The position numbers and the translations under genes were made by a program. From contig NZ_PDJD01000001.1 of the NCBI RefSeq assembly GCF_002563925.1, forward strand, positions 788,973 to 812,972: a stretch of 24,000 nt of DNA, in the 5' to 3' direction. Shown in pieces: positions 14,823-22,971 of the stretch. Source of the DNA: Serinibacter salmoneus (GTDB lineage Bacteria; Actinomycetota; Actinomycetes; Actinomycetales; Beutenbergiaceae). The notes under the pieces were generated by a model. It saw only the letters and a list, made by a program, of their open reading frames with translations, did not search any database and was not told the origin of the DNA. How positions within the stretch are numbered: position 1 is the stretch's first letter; the number at the start of each line of letters is the position of its first letter.

Positions 14823-16261
14823 CCGCGCCCGGCGCCCCGGTGGACCTGCTGGTGCTCGGCGGCGGGACCGCGGGGATCGTCGCGGCCAAGACCGCCGTGA
14901 GCCTCGGTGCCAGCACCCTGCTGGTGGAGCGCGAGCGCACGGGCGGCGACTGCCTGTGGACCGGGTGCGTGCCCTCGAAGGCGCTGCTGGCTGCCGCCCA
15001 CCAGGCCGCGGCGGCGCGCACGGCCGACCGGTTCGGCCTCGAGGTCACCCTCCGGGTGGACTTCGCACGGGTGATGGACCGGGTGCAGCAGGCGATCGCC
15101 GAGATCGCCCCCATCGACAGCCCCGAGACGTTGCGCGCCGCCGGGGTCCCGGTGAGGCACGGCCAGGGCGTGTTCAGGGGGGAGGGGGAGGTGGCGGTCG
15201 ACGGCGTGCCGGTCCGCTACCGCCAGGCCGTCCTGGCCATGGGGTCGGCCCCGACCATCCCCCCGCTGCCGGGCCTGGCCGAGGTGGACTACCTCACCAG
15301 TGATTCCTTCTGGTCGCTGCGTGAGGCGCCGCGTCGCCTGGCCGTGCTCGGCGCCGGGAGCATCGGCTGCGAACTTGGGCAGGCGATGGCACGCCTGGGC
15401 AGCGAGGTCACCCTGGTCGAGAACGCCGAGCGGATCCTGCCGCGCGAGGACCCCGCCGCGGCTGCCGCCGTGGCACGGTCCCTGCGCTGCGACGGCGTGC
15501 GGGTGCAGACCGGGGCGCGGGTCGCCGCCGTGCACGCCGCGCCGGCCGAGGGCGCGGGCGCGGGTCGGCTGCAGTTCGAGGACGGCCGGGAGATCGCCTT
15601 CGACCGGCTGCTGGTCGCGGTGGGCCGCACCCCCCGCACGTCAGGTGCCGGTCTGGAGCGCATCGGGGTGGCGTGCGATGACCGGGGCCATATCCGCGTG
15701 GACGGGCACCTGCGCACCACCAACCCGCGCATCTGGGCGGCGGGGGACCTCACCGGTCACCCCCAGTTCACCCATGTGGCGGCCTCGCACGGCAGCCTCG
15801 CCGCCTCCAATGCGGTGCTCGGCGTGCGGCGGCGGGCGGAGACCACGGTGCCGCGGGTGACCTACACCCACCCCGAGGTGGCGGCACTCGGCGCCGCGAC
15901 CGACGGGAGCGACCTGCGCGTGGTCACCCGCGAGCACACCGACGTCGATCGCGCGGTGACCGAGGGGGAGACGGACGGCTTCACCCGGCTCGCGGTGGAT
16001 TCCAGCGGTCGGGTGCGCGGCGCCACCATCGTGGGGCCCCGCGCGGGCGAGACCCTGGGAGAGGCCGCCCTCGCCGTCGCGCGCGGCATGCGCACCCGGG
16101 ACCTGGCGGGCCTGATGCACCCCTATCCCACCTGGAACGACGGCCTCGGCGGGGCGGCCATCGCCGACGCCCGGACCCAGCTGGACGCGCCGCTGGCGCG
16201 CCGCGCCGTGCGGCTGATCGTCGGGTCGCGCCGGCGGTGGCTGGACCGGCGGGCCACCTAG
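14819..16261 (+). CDS. Class I FAD-dependent pyridine nucleotide-disulfide oxidoreductase (lipoamide dehydrogenase / mercuric reductase-like), substrate unknown
   Basis: The ATG at 14819 overlaps the anti-sigma stop (ATGA at 14819-14822). The FAD motif is DLLVLGGGTAGIVAA. The redox-active disulfide is GGDCLWTGCVPSK (C-x4-C). The NAD(P) motif is LAVLGAGSIGCELGQ. The C-terminal dimerisation domain contains HPYPTWNDG. Length is 480 aa. Confidence 0.85.
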   Translation: MTAPGAPVDLLVLGGGTAGIVAAKTAVSLGASTLLVERERTGGDCLWTGCVPSKALLAAAHQAAAARTADRFGLEVTLRVDFARVMDRVQQAIAEIAPIDSPETLRAAGVPVRHGQGVFRGEGEVAVDGVPVRYRQAVLAMGSAPTIPPLPGLAEVDYLTSDSFWSLREAPRRLAVLGAGSIGCELGQAMARLGSEVTLVENAERILPREDPAAAAAVARSLRCDGVRVQTGARVAAVHAAPAEGAGAGRLQFEDGREIAFDRLLVAVGRTPRTSGAGLERIGVACDDRGHIRVDGHLRTTNPRIWAAGDLTGHPQFTHVAASHGSLAASNAVLGVRRRAETTVPRVTYTHPEVAALGAATDGSDLRVVTREHTDVDRAVTEGETDGFTRLAVDSSGRVRGATIVGPRAGETLGEAALAVARGMRTRDLAGLMHPYPTWNDGLGGAAIADARTQLDAPLARRAVRLIVGSRRRWLDRRAT

Positions 16262-16266
16262 GGCCC

Positions 16267-16986
16267 TCAGTCCTGGTCCCGCTCAGGTCCGTCCTCCTGC
16301 GGGGCGGATTCTGCGGGGACCGGCCGCAGCAGGCGCCGCCCCCAGGCCCCGCCGATCACGGCCAGCGCCACGAGGCCGCCGACGCCGAGCACGATCCCGA
16401 GCGGGTCGGCGCCCGAGGCACCGACCGACGCGTAGGCGAGGGACCCCGGGATGATCCCGAGCGCCGTGCCGAGCACGTAGTCGCGCATCCGCACGCCGAG
16501 CAGTCCACAGGCGTAATTCAGCGGCGTGAACGGGAACAGCGGCACCAGGCGCACGGCCAGGACGGCGAGGAGACCGTGGGAGACCAGGACCCGGTCTGCC
16601 GTGCGCAGACGTCCCCCGAGCAGGCGATCGACCGAGGCGCGACCCACGCGGCGGCCGATGAACGCGCCGCCGATCGCGCCGAGCAGCGCGCCGCTCCAGG
16701 CCAGCAGGAAGCCCCACCACACCCCGAACAGGGCCCCGCCCAGGATCGTCAGCACGGAGGCGGGGGAGGGGACCAGGACCAGCAGGGCGTAGCCCAGCAC
16801 GAAGATGACGTTCCCCGCCCACCCGGCGTCTTCCACGAGGTCCTGCAACTGCTGCGGACCGTTCCAGCCGCTGACCTGCAGGGCGATCGCGGCGGCCACG
16901 TACACCAGGAGGAAGGCGGCCAGGCGGATCACCGCCCCGCGGCGGGAGCGTGGGGAATCGGCCGTGGGGGAGACGGGGCTGGTCAT
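16267..16986 (-). CDS. TVP38/TMEM64 (DedA superfamily) membrane protein, 239 aa
   Basis: This is the C-terminal part of track ORF 16267..17544. The ATG is the complement of 16984-16986 (MTSPVSPTAD...). It has multiple hydrophobic helices and Gly-rich segments (ILGGALFGVWWGFLLAWSGALLGAIGGAFIGRRVG; VRLVPLFPFTPLNYACG) typical of the SNARE-associated/DedA fold. Its start overlaps the upstream gene's stop (ATGA). Confidence 0.8.
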   Translation of the reverse strand: MTSPVSPTADSPRSRRGAVIRLAAFLLVYVAAAIALQVSGWNGPQQLQDLVEDAGWAGNVIFVLGYALLVLVPSPASVLTILGGALFGVWWGFLLAWSGALLGAIGGAFIGRRVGRASVDRLLGGRLRTADRVLVSHGLLAVLAVRLVPLFPFTPLNYACGLLGVRMRDYVLGTALGIIPGSLAYASVGASGADPLGIVLGVGGLVALAVIGGAWGRRLLRPVPAESAPQEDGPERDQD

Positions 16987-17690
16987 ACGGGAGGAACCCC
17001 CTCGGGTCCGCGCCTGCTTCCCGGTGCGCCGGGATCCTCCGGCTTCCCCGGCCGCTCCGGTTGCCCCGGTTCCCGCAGCACCCGGTATCCGGTCACGATC
17101 CGGTGCACCGCGCTCAGGCTCACCAGGGCCGCCCACACGAGGGCGATGTCCGCCGCGTACTGCGGCAGGATCAGCCACGCCGCATGCACCACGATCGTCT
17201 CGGCACCCTCGGTCAGGCCACCGAGGAAGCTCAGGGAACGGCCGTCCTCGATCCGCTTCCCGGTGCGCTCGGCGAGGGAGGAGAACGCGAGGAACGCGGC
17301 GCCGTTGACGTAGTACGCCAGCAGCACGGCCGCGAACGGCAGCCAGTCCCCGGGTGACGCCGACGCCGGCGTGACGCCCACCGCCACGCCGATCACCGTG
17401 GCGCCGTAGACCACGAAGTCGCTGGTGATGTCCAGGAAGCCACCGGCCGCCGAACCGGTCCGCCCGCGCCGACGCGCCAGCGGCCCGTCCACCCCGTCCA
17501 GCACCCGGGAGAGGAGCCAGGCCGCCAGCGACCACCACCACCACTGGGCGGCCGCGAGTCCGGCGCTCCCCAGCCCCACCACCAGGCCGGTGAGCGTCAG
17601 CCCGTCGGGGGTGATCCAGGGGCGGTCCACCGCACGCGCGAGTGCCTCCAGGCCTCCACCGAACCGGCGGCGCAGCCGGGCGTCGAACAT
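16983..17690 (-). CDS. CDP-alcohol phosphatidyltransferase family protein, 235 aa
   Basis: ORF 16983..17690 with GGGAGG 5 nt upstream of the ATG. The signature LDGVDGPLARRRGRTGSAAGGFLDITSDFVVY fits DxxDGxxAR...GxxxDxxxD. It has several TM helices. The head-group substrate cannot be inferred from the sequence. Confidence 0.8.
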   Translation of the reverse strand: MFDARLRRRFGGGLEALARAVDRPWITPDGLTLTGLVVGLGSAGLAAAQWWWWSLAAWLLSRVLDGVDGPLARRRGRTGSAAGGFLDITSDFVVYGATVIGVAVGVTPASASPGDWLPFAAVLLAYYVNGAAFLAFSSLAERTGKRIEDGRSLSFLGGLTEGAETIVVHAAWLILPQYAADIALVWAALVSLSAVHRIVTGYRVLREPGQPERPGKPEDPGAPGSRRGPEGVPPV

Positions 17691-17778
17691 CTCTGCCTCC
17701 CAGGGTCGTCAGGGAGGGAAGTCGGCGGGACCCTCACCGTGTTCCCTTTCAGTGACCCCACCGTGGCAGAAGGAGCCG

Positions 17779-19026
17779 ATGATGCGAGCCGCCCGAGGCA
17801 GACCGGCGCGTGCCCGTGCCACGATCACCGGCGGCGTGGCGACGGCCCTGGTGCTGGCGGCCTGCGCGGCGCCGGCGCCGCAGGCCTCCGAACCTGCCCG
17901 CGCGTTCTCCGAAATCATGGCCGAGGCCGAGGCCGAGGGCCAGGTGGTGGACCTGTGGATGTGGGGCGGGGACGAACGCGGCAACGCCTACGTGGACGAC
18001 GTCCTGGCGCCGGCGGCCGCCGACCTGGGCGTCACCCTGCGCCGGGTCCCCCTGGCCGACACCCGTGATGCGATCCGCCGCGTGCTCGCCGAACACGCCG
18101 CGGGATCCACGGCGGGGTCGGTGGATCTGGTGTGGGTGAACGGGGACAACTTCGCCACCGCGCAGCAGGCCGGGGCCTGGCGCTGCGGCTGGGCGTCCGA
18201 GTTGCCGAACGCCGCCTACCTCGACCCGGCGGACCCGCTGGTCACCGACGACTTCGGGGTCGCGGTGCAGGGCTGCGAGTCGCCCTGGCACAAGGCCCAG
18301 TTCACCCTCGTCTACGACGCCGCGCGGGTCCCGGAGCCACCCCGCAGCATCGAGGACCTCCTGACCTGGGCGCAGGAGAATCCCGGGAGGTTCACCTACC
18401 CGGCACCGCCGGACTTCACCGGCTCGGTGTTCGTGCGTCAGGCCCTGCAGGCCTTGGACCCGCAGGTGCCGGTCGCCTTCAGTCAGGCGGCCTTCGATGC
18501 CGCGACGCCCACCCTGTGGGACTCCCTGCGCGAGGTGGCACCGGCGCTGTGGCGCGAGGGCCGCACCTACCCCCGCGACCAGGTGGACCTGGACCGGTTG
18601 TTCGCCGACGGCCAGGTCGACTTCACGATGACCTACGGCCCCGCGACCCTCACCGACCTCGTGGCCGAGGGCACCTTCCCGTCGACCACCCGCGTGCTCA
18701 CGCTCGAGGAGGGCACGGTCGGCAACGCGAGCTTCCTCGCGATCCCCGCCAGTTCCCCGGACCACGCGGGGGCGATGGTGGTGGCGGACCTCGCGCTCTC
18801 GCCGCAGCAGCAGGCGGCCAAGGCCGACCCGCAGGTGTGGGGGCAGTTCACCGTGCTGGACCTCTCCCGCCTGCCGCAGGAGGACGCCGCCGCCTTCGCC
18901 GCGCTGCCCGACTCCCCGGTGGTCCCGCCGTTCGAGGAACTGTCCGCGGGCGCCCTGCCGGAACTGTCGTCCGGCTGGGTCGCGCCCCTGGACGAGGGCT
19001 GGCGCAGCCAGGTGCTGAACCCGTGA
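17779..19026 (+). CDS. ABC transporter substrate-binding lipoprotein (YnjB-like family, my recollection)
   Basis: ATG at 17779 is preceded by GAAGGAG; the track ORF 17425..19026 extends upstream in frame. The signal peptide with lipobox is VATALVLAAC. The mature part contains DLVWVNGDNFATAQQAGAW and FTYPAPPDFTGSVFVRQAL, which I recall from YnjB-type binding proteins. Confidence 0.75.
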   Translation: MMRAARGRPARARATITGGVATALVLAACAAPAPQASEPARAFSEIMAEAEAEGQVVDLWMWGGDERGNAYVDDVLAPAAADLGVTLRRVPLADTRDAIRRVLAEHAAGSTAGSVDLVWVNGDNFATAQQAGAWRCGWASELPNAAYLDPADPLVTDDFGVAVQGCESPWHKAQFTLVYDAARVPEPPRSIEDLLTWAQENPGRFTYPAPPDFTGSVFVRQALQALDPQVPVAFSQAAFDAATPTLWDSLREVAPALWREGRTYPRDQVDLDRLFADGQVDFTMTYGPATLTDLVAEGTFPSTTRVLTLEEGTVGNASFLAIPASSPDHAGAMVVADLALSPQQQAAKADPQVWGQFTVLDLSRLPQEDAAAFAALPDSPVVPPFEELSAGALPELSSGWVAPLDEGWRSQVLNP

Positions 19027-19865
19027 GGCGGGCGAGCTGGGGTGCCGCCCCCGGGCTCGTGGTGATCACGGTGATCTCCGGGGGTGCGATGGTCACGGTG
19101 ACGCTCGCCTCCCTGGGCCTGGTGCCGCTGTTCGGACCGCCGCAGGCCACCCTGACCGCCTGGCAGGTGCACGGTGAGGACCTGGTGCGCGGGGTGGGGG
19201 AGTCGCTGCGGATCGCCCTGCCGGCCACCGCGCTGGCCGTGACGGTCGGGTCCGGGCTGGCCGGCCTCCTCCTGCGCCCGGATCGGCTGGCGGGCATCGT
19301 GCGGATCGGGTGCCTCGTGGTGCTGCTGCTCCCGCACATCGTGGCCGCGAGTTCGATGCTGATGCTGCTGGGGGACGGCGGACTGCTCTCCAGGGTGGCG
19401 GTGGCTCTCGACGTCGGGTGGCCGGCCCTGGTGGCCGGCCCGGTGCCGGTCGCGACCGTGCTCGCGCTGGCGTGGAAGGAATCCGCATTCGTTGCGCTCG
19501 TGCTCGCCGGAGCCCTGGCACCCGGGCACCGCACCCGAATGGCGGTCGCCGCCGGGCTGGGCGCGGGGCCGTGGCAGCGGTGGCGCCGGGTCACGTTGCC
19601 CACGGCGGCGCCCGCCCTGCTGGCCACGGGCCTGGTCACCCTGGTCTACGCCATCGGCTCCTACGAGGCGGCCTGGCTGCTCTCGGCGGCCGTGCCCGAG
19701 CCCCTGCCGGTGCTCTCCGCCCGGCTGCTGCAGTCCATTGACCTACTCGCCCGGCCGGCGGCCGCGGCGGCGGCCCTCACCGCCTCCCTGCTCGCGGTCT
19801 GTGTGACGCTGCCCGCGCTCGTGGCGCTGCCCCGGCTGCGTCGACTCACCCCGGGATCGGCATGA
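19023..19865 (+). CDS. ABC transporter permease (first of two)
   Basis: The GTG at 19023 overlaps the SBP stop (GTGA). This is the tail of track ORF 18132..19865 and is strongly hydrophobic, with about 6 helices. The loop WKESAFVALVLAGAL...RVTLP resembles the EAA-type permease loop. Confidence 0.75.
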   Translation: MRRASWGAAPGLVVITVISGGAMVTVTLASLGLVPLFGPPQATLTAWQVHGEDLVRGVGESLRIALPATALAVTVGSGLAGLLLRPDRLAGIVRIGCLVVLLLPHIVAASSMLMLLGDGGLLSRVAVALDVGWPALVAGPVPVATVLALAWKESAFVALVLAGALAPGHRTRMAVAAGLGAGPWQRWRRVTLPTAAPALLATGLVTLVYAIGSYEAAWLLSAAVPEPLPVLSARLLQSIDLLARPAAAAAALTASLLAVCVTLPALVALPRLRRLTPGSA

Positions 19866-20674
19866 GCAGCGGCCGGCGGGCTCGGCGCGCGCTCACCGTG
19901 CTGGGGGCCGGGGCGGCGCTGCTGTGGCTGGCGCTGCCCCTGTTCCCGATCGCCGGCTGGATCCTCGCCGAGCGGTGGTCCCACCCCGCTTTGGTGCCGC
20001 AGGAATGGGGAGTGCGGGGTTGGCGGGAGGCCGCCTCCGCCGGCCTCGGGCCCGCGCTCGGGCGCTCCCTGATACTGGCCCTGGCGGTCACGGCCCTCGC
20101 CACGCCGCTCGGGGCGGCGATCGGATGGGTGCTGGGGTGGCGCCTGACCCGGCACCCCGGCCCGGTGATCGGGATCCTGCTGCTGCCGGTGCTGCTGCCC
20201 CCGGTTGCGGTCGCACTCGGGTTCGACGCCGTGCTGGTGCGCACGGGGCTGCCGGAGCCGGTGGCCGTCCTGGCGCTGCTGACCGCGGCGGCGTTGCCTT
20301 ACGTGGCCCTCACCACCGCCGTCGCCTTCGCCCGCACCCCGCCGATCCTGGCCGAGCAGGCCCGGGCCCTGGGGGCCGGCCCGATGCAGGCGGCGCTGCG
20401 CGCGCTCCTCCCGGCCCTTCGCCGCTCCCTGCTGGTCGCGGCCCTGCTGGCCTTCCTCGTGGCCTGGAGCGACTACGTCATCACCGTGCTGGTGGGCGGG
20501 GGTCGCCTGGTCACGGCCCCGGTGCTGCTCGGTTCACTCGCGGCGGGGAGTGGCAACACCGCCACCGTCGCGGTGATCGCCCTGACGGCGCTCGCGCCGC
20601 CGCTCCTGCTCCTGGGTGCGGTGGCGGCCCTGACCCGGGGACCACGACCCACCACGGAGAGGAGCTCGCCGTGA
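19862..20674 (+). CDS. ABC transporter permease (second of two)
   Basis: ORF 19862..20674. Its ATG overlaps the previous stop (ATGA). It is a hydrophobic six-helix protein. The EAA-like loop is AEQARALGAGPMQAALRALLPALRRS. Confidence 0.8.
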   Translation: MSSGRRARRALTVLGAGAALLWLALPLFPIAGWILAERWSHPALVPQEWGVRGWREAASAGLGPALGRSLILALAVTALATPLGAAIGWVLGWRLTRHPGPVIGILLLPVLLPPVAVALGFDAVLVRTGLPEPVAVLALLTAAALPYVALTTAVAFARTPPILAEQARALGAGPMQAALRALLPALRRSLLVAALLAFLVAWSDYVITVLVGGGRLVTAPVLLGSLAAGSGNTATVAVIALTALAPPLLLLGAVAALTRGPRPTTERSSP

Positions 20675-21822
20675 CCGCACTCGAGCTGGACCGGATCACC
20701 CACCGCTACCCGGGGACCGAACGCCCCGCCCTGAGCGAGGTCTCCGTCGCCGTACCCGCCGGGCGGATGCTCGCCGTCGTCGGACCCTCGGGTTCGGGCA
20801 AGAGCACCCTGCTGCGCGCCGCGGCGGGACTGGTGCGCCCCACCTCGGGCGCCGTCCACCTGGCGGGCCGCGACGTCACCGACCTGCCCGTGGAGCGCCG
20901 GGACGTGACCGTGATGTTCCAGGAGCCCACCCTCTTCGACCACCTCGACGTGGCGGGGAACGTGGCCTTCGCCCCCCGGCTCGCCGGGGCACGGCGGCGC
21001 GAGGCGCGCCGGCTCGCGCGGCGCTATCTCGACCTCGTGCGGCTCCCCGGGCTGCAGGACCGCCCCGTCTCAGCGCTCTCCGGCGGTCAGGCGCAACGGG
21101 TGGCGCTGGCGCGCGCACTGGCTGCCGAGCGCTCGGTCCTGCTCCTGGACGAACCGTTCAGTGCCCTGGATTCCGAGCTGCGCCGGGCCATGCACGATCT
21201 GGTGGGCGAGGTGCGCGCGGCGCTGGATCCCACGCTCGTGCTCGTGACCCACGACCTGGACGAGGCGGCACTGGCCGATCGGGTGCTCGTGGTCATCGAC
21301 GGCGTCGCCCACCAGCATGCGCCCGCCGCCGCGGTCTACACACGGCCCGCGAGCCTCGCCGTGGCACGGATGCTCGGCGGGTTCACCGAGGTGCCCGGGA
21401 TCGTGCGGCGCGGCATCCACCACAGCGACTGGGGCCGGATGCCGGTGGACCTGTTCGGCGAGGGACCGGCCGTGTTGCTCCTGCGGCGCGAGGACCTGCG
21501 GCTGACCTCCCAGGCGACGCCCGGGACGGTGGGCATCACAGCCCGGGTGACGCACCGCCGGGTGCGGGGCCGCCGGGTGGTGGCCACCCTCCGCGCGCCG
21601 GCCGGCACCACCATCGAGGTGGAGCTCCCGCTCGGGCGGGATGTGCGCGTGGGACAGGAGACGGTTGTGCAGGCCGGACCCGGACCGGCGTGGGCGCTAC
21701 CCGCGACCGCGGCCGAGACCGTGCCCGCACCCGGCCCCGACCCCGACCCCGCCGCGGAGACTCCTGGCGCCGTGTTCACCGAGCGTTCGGCAGACCCTCG
21801 CGGGCCGGTCGCACAGCGGTGA
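20671..21822 (+). CDS. ABC transporter ATP-binding protein with C-terminal regulatory (TOBE-like) extension
   Basis: The GTG at 20671 overlaps the previous stop (GTGA), with GGAGAGGAG upstream. Motifs present: Walker A GPSGSGKST, Q-loop, signature LSGGQAQRVALARAL, Walker B LLLDEPFSALD and H-loop VTHD. In the track it is hidden in ORF 19924..21822. Confidence 0.9.
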   Translation: MTALELDRITHRYPGTERPALSEVSVAVPAGRMLAVVGPSGSGKSTLLRAAAGLVRPTSGAVHLAGRDVTDLPVERRDVTVMFQEPTLFDHLDVAGNVAFAPRLAGARRREARRLARRYLDLVRLPGLQDRPVSALSGGQAQRVALARALAAERSVLLLDEPFSALDSELRRAMHDLVGEVRAALDPTLVLVTHDLDEAALADRVLVVIDGVAHQHAPAAAVYTRPASLAVARMLGGFTEVPGIVRRGIHHSDWGRMPVDLFGEGPAVLLLRREDLRLTSQATPGTVGITARVTHRRVRGRRVVATLRAPAGTTIEVELPLGRDVRVGQETVVQAGPGPAWALPATAAETVPAPGPDPDPAAETPGAVFTERSADPRGPVAQR

Positions 21823-21858
21823 CCGGCTCGTCGCCCGCGCTTCCTAGCCTGGGGGCTC

Positions 21859-22971
21859 GTGAGGATCGCGATCGTCACCGAATCCTGGGCCCCCGCCACC
21901 AACGGAGTCGTCAGGTCCGTGCAGCAGGTACTCCGGCACACCTCGGGTGTCGAGTTCCACCTGGTCGGACCCGGCGCGTCGGCGCGCAACGCACCACGGG
22001 CGCGCACCACCTTCACCGCCTCGGCCGTGGCGCTGGCCGGTCTCGGCTACGCCGCCTCCCTGCCCACCCCCGGGATGGTGCGCTACCTGCGCGAGGTGAG
22101 CCCCGACGTCGTCCATGTGGCCTCCCCGTTCCTGCTGGGTGCGCAGGCGCTGCGGGCGGCGAACGTGCTCGGCATCCCCAGCGTGGCGGTCTACCAGACC
22201 GACGTCGCCGCGTTCGCCGATGCCAACGGCTTCAAGGGCACCGCGGCGGGGGTGTGGAAGTGGATCGCGCGCACCCACGCCCGGGCGGATGTGAACCTGG
22301 CCTGCACCGAGGACGCCGTCCAGGCGCTGCGTGAGCACGGCGTCCCGCGGGTGCGGCACTGGCAACGCGGGGTCGACCTGGACACCTTCGACCCGGGGCG
22401 CCGCGATGAGGCGCTGAACGCCTTCTGGGGCGGTGGACGCCCGGTGGTGGGTTACGTGGGGCGCCTCGCACCCGAGAAGGAACTGCCGCTGCTGGCGCAG
22501 CTCGCCGCCGACCCGCGCATCCAGCTGGTGCTGATCGGGGACGGGCCGCAGAGCCTCGCCCTGCGCTCGCAGCTGCCCGAGGCTCACTTCACCGGGCACC
22601 TGGACGGCGCCGACCTGCCACGTGCGATGGCGAGCCTGGACGTGGTGGTCCACCCCGGCCGTCACGAGACCCTGTGCCAGTCGGTGATGCAGGCCATGGC
22701 CTGCGGGGTGCCGGCCGTGGTCCCCGACTCCGGTGGCGTGCGGGAACTCGTGACACCCGACAGCGGCCGGGTGGTGCCGGTCGGGGACCCCGCCGCGATC
22801 CACGCCGCCGCGCTGGAGATCCTCGCCGACCACCGCCGCCACGCCGCGGCCGCCGCCCGCCTCTCCGCCCGGCGCAGCATGCCGACCTCCATGGGGCAGC
22901 TCACCGCGACCTGGCGCGACCTGCTGCGCGGCGCGGATCCGGCCATCGAGTCCACCGGGGTCGCCGCATGA
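21859..22971 (+). CDS. GT4-family (GT-B fold) glycosyltransferase
   Basis: ORF 21859..22971 with a GTG start. The N-terminus is MRIAIVTESWAPATNGVVRSV, an ES(F/W)xPxxNGV-type start seen in MgtA/SQD2-like GT4 enzymes. The C-terminal nucleotide-sugar-binding region is VGRLAPEKE...HPGRHETLCQSVMQAMACGVPAVVPDSGG. Confidence 0.8.
   Translation: MRIAIVTESWAPATNGVVRSVQQVLRHTSGVEFHLVGPGASARNAPRARTTFTASAVALAGLGYAASLPTPGMVRYLREVSPDVVHVASPFLLGAQALRAANVLGIPSVAVYQTDVAAFADANGFKGTAAGVWKWIARTHARADVNLACTEDAVQALREHGVPRVRHWQRGVDLDTFDPGRRDEALNAFWGGGRPVVGYVGRLAPEKELPLLAQLAADPRIQLVLIGDGPQSLALRSQLPEAHFTGHLDGADLPRAMASLDVVVHPGRHETLCQSVMQAMACGVPAVVPDSGGVRELVTPDSGRVVPVGDPAAIHAAALEILADHRRHAAAAARLSARRSMPTSMGQLTATWRDLLRGADPAIESTGVAA

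Noticed and set aside
16267-17544. 425-aa version of the TVP38/DedA ORF
   Set aside because: The N-terminal 186 residues overlap the CDP-alcohol phosphatidyltransferase gene out of frame and are Arg/Gly-rich. The internal ATG at 16986 forms an ATGA overlap with that gene's stop and yields a normal-size DedA protein.
17691-17778. TPP or other riboswitch upstream of the YnjB-like ABC operon
   Set aside because: The region is only 88 nt and lacks the conserved CUGAGA/ACCUGAUC-type TPP elements. The only structure is a 6-bp CCTCCC/GGGAGG pairing that includes the SD of the divergent gene.
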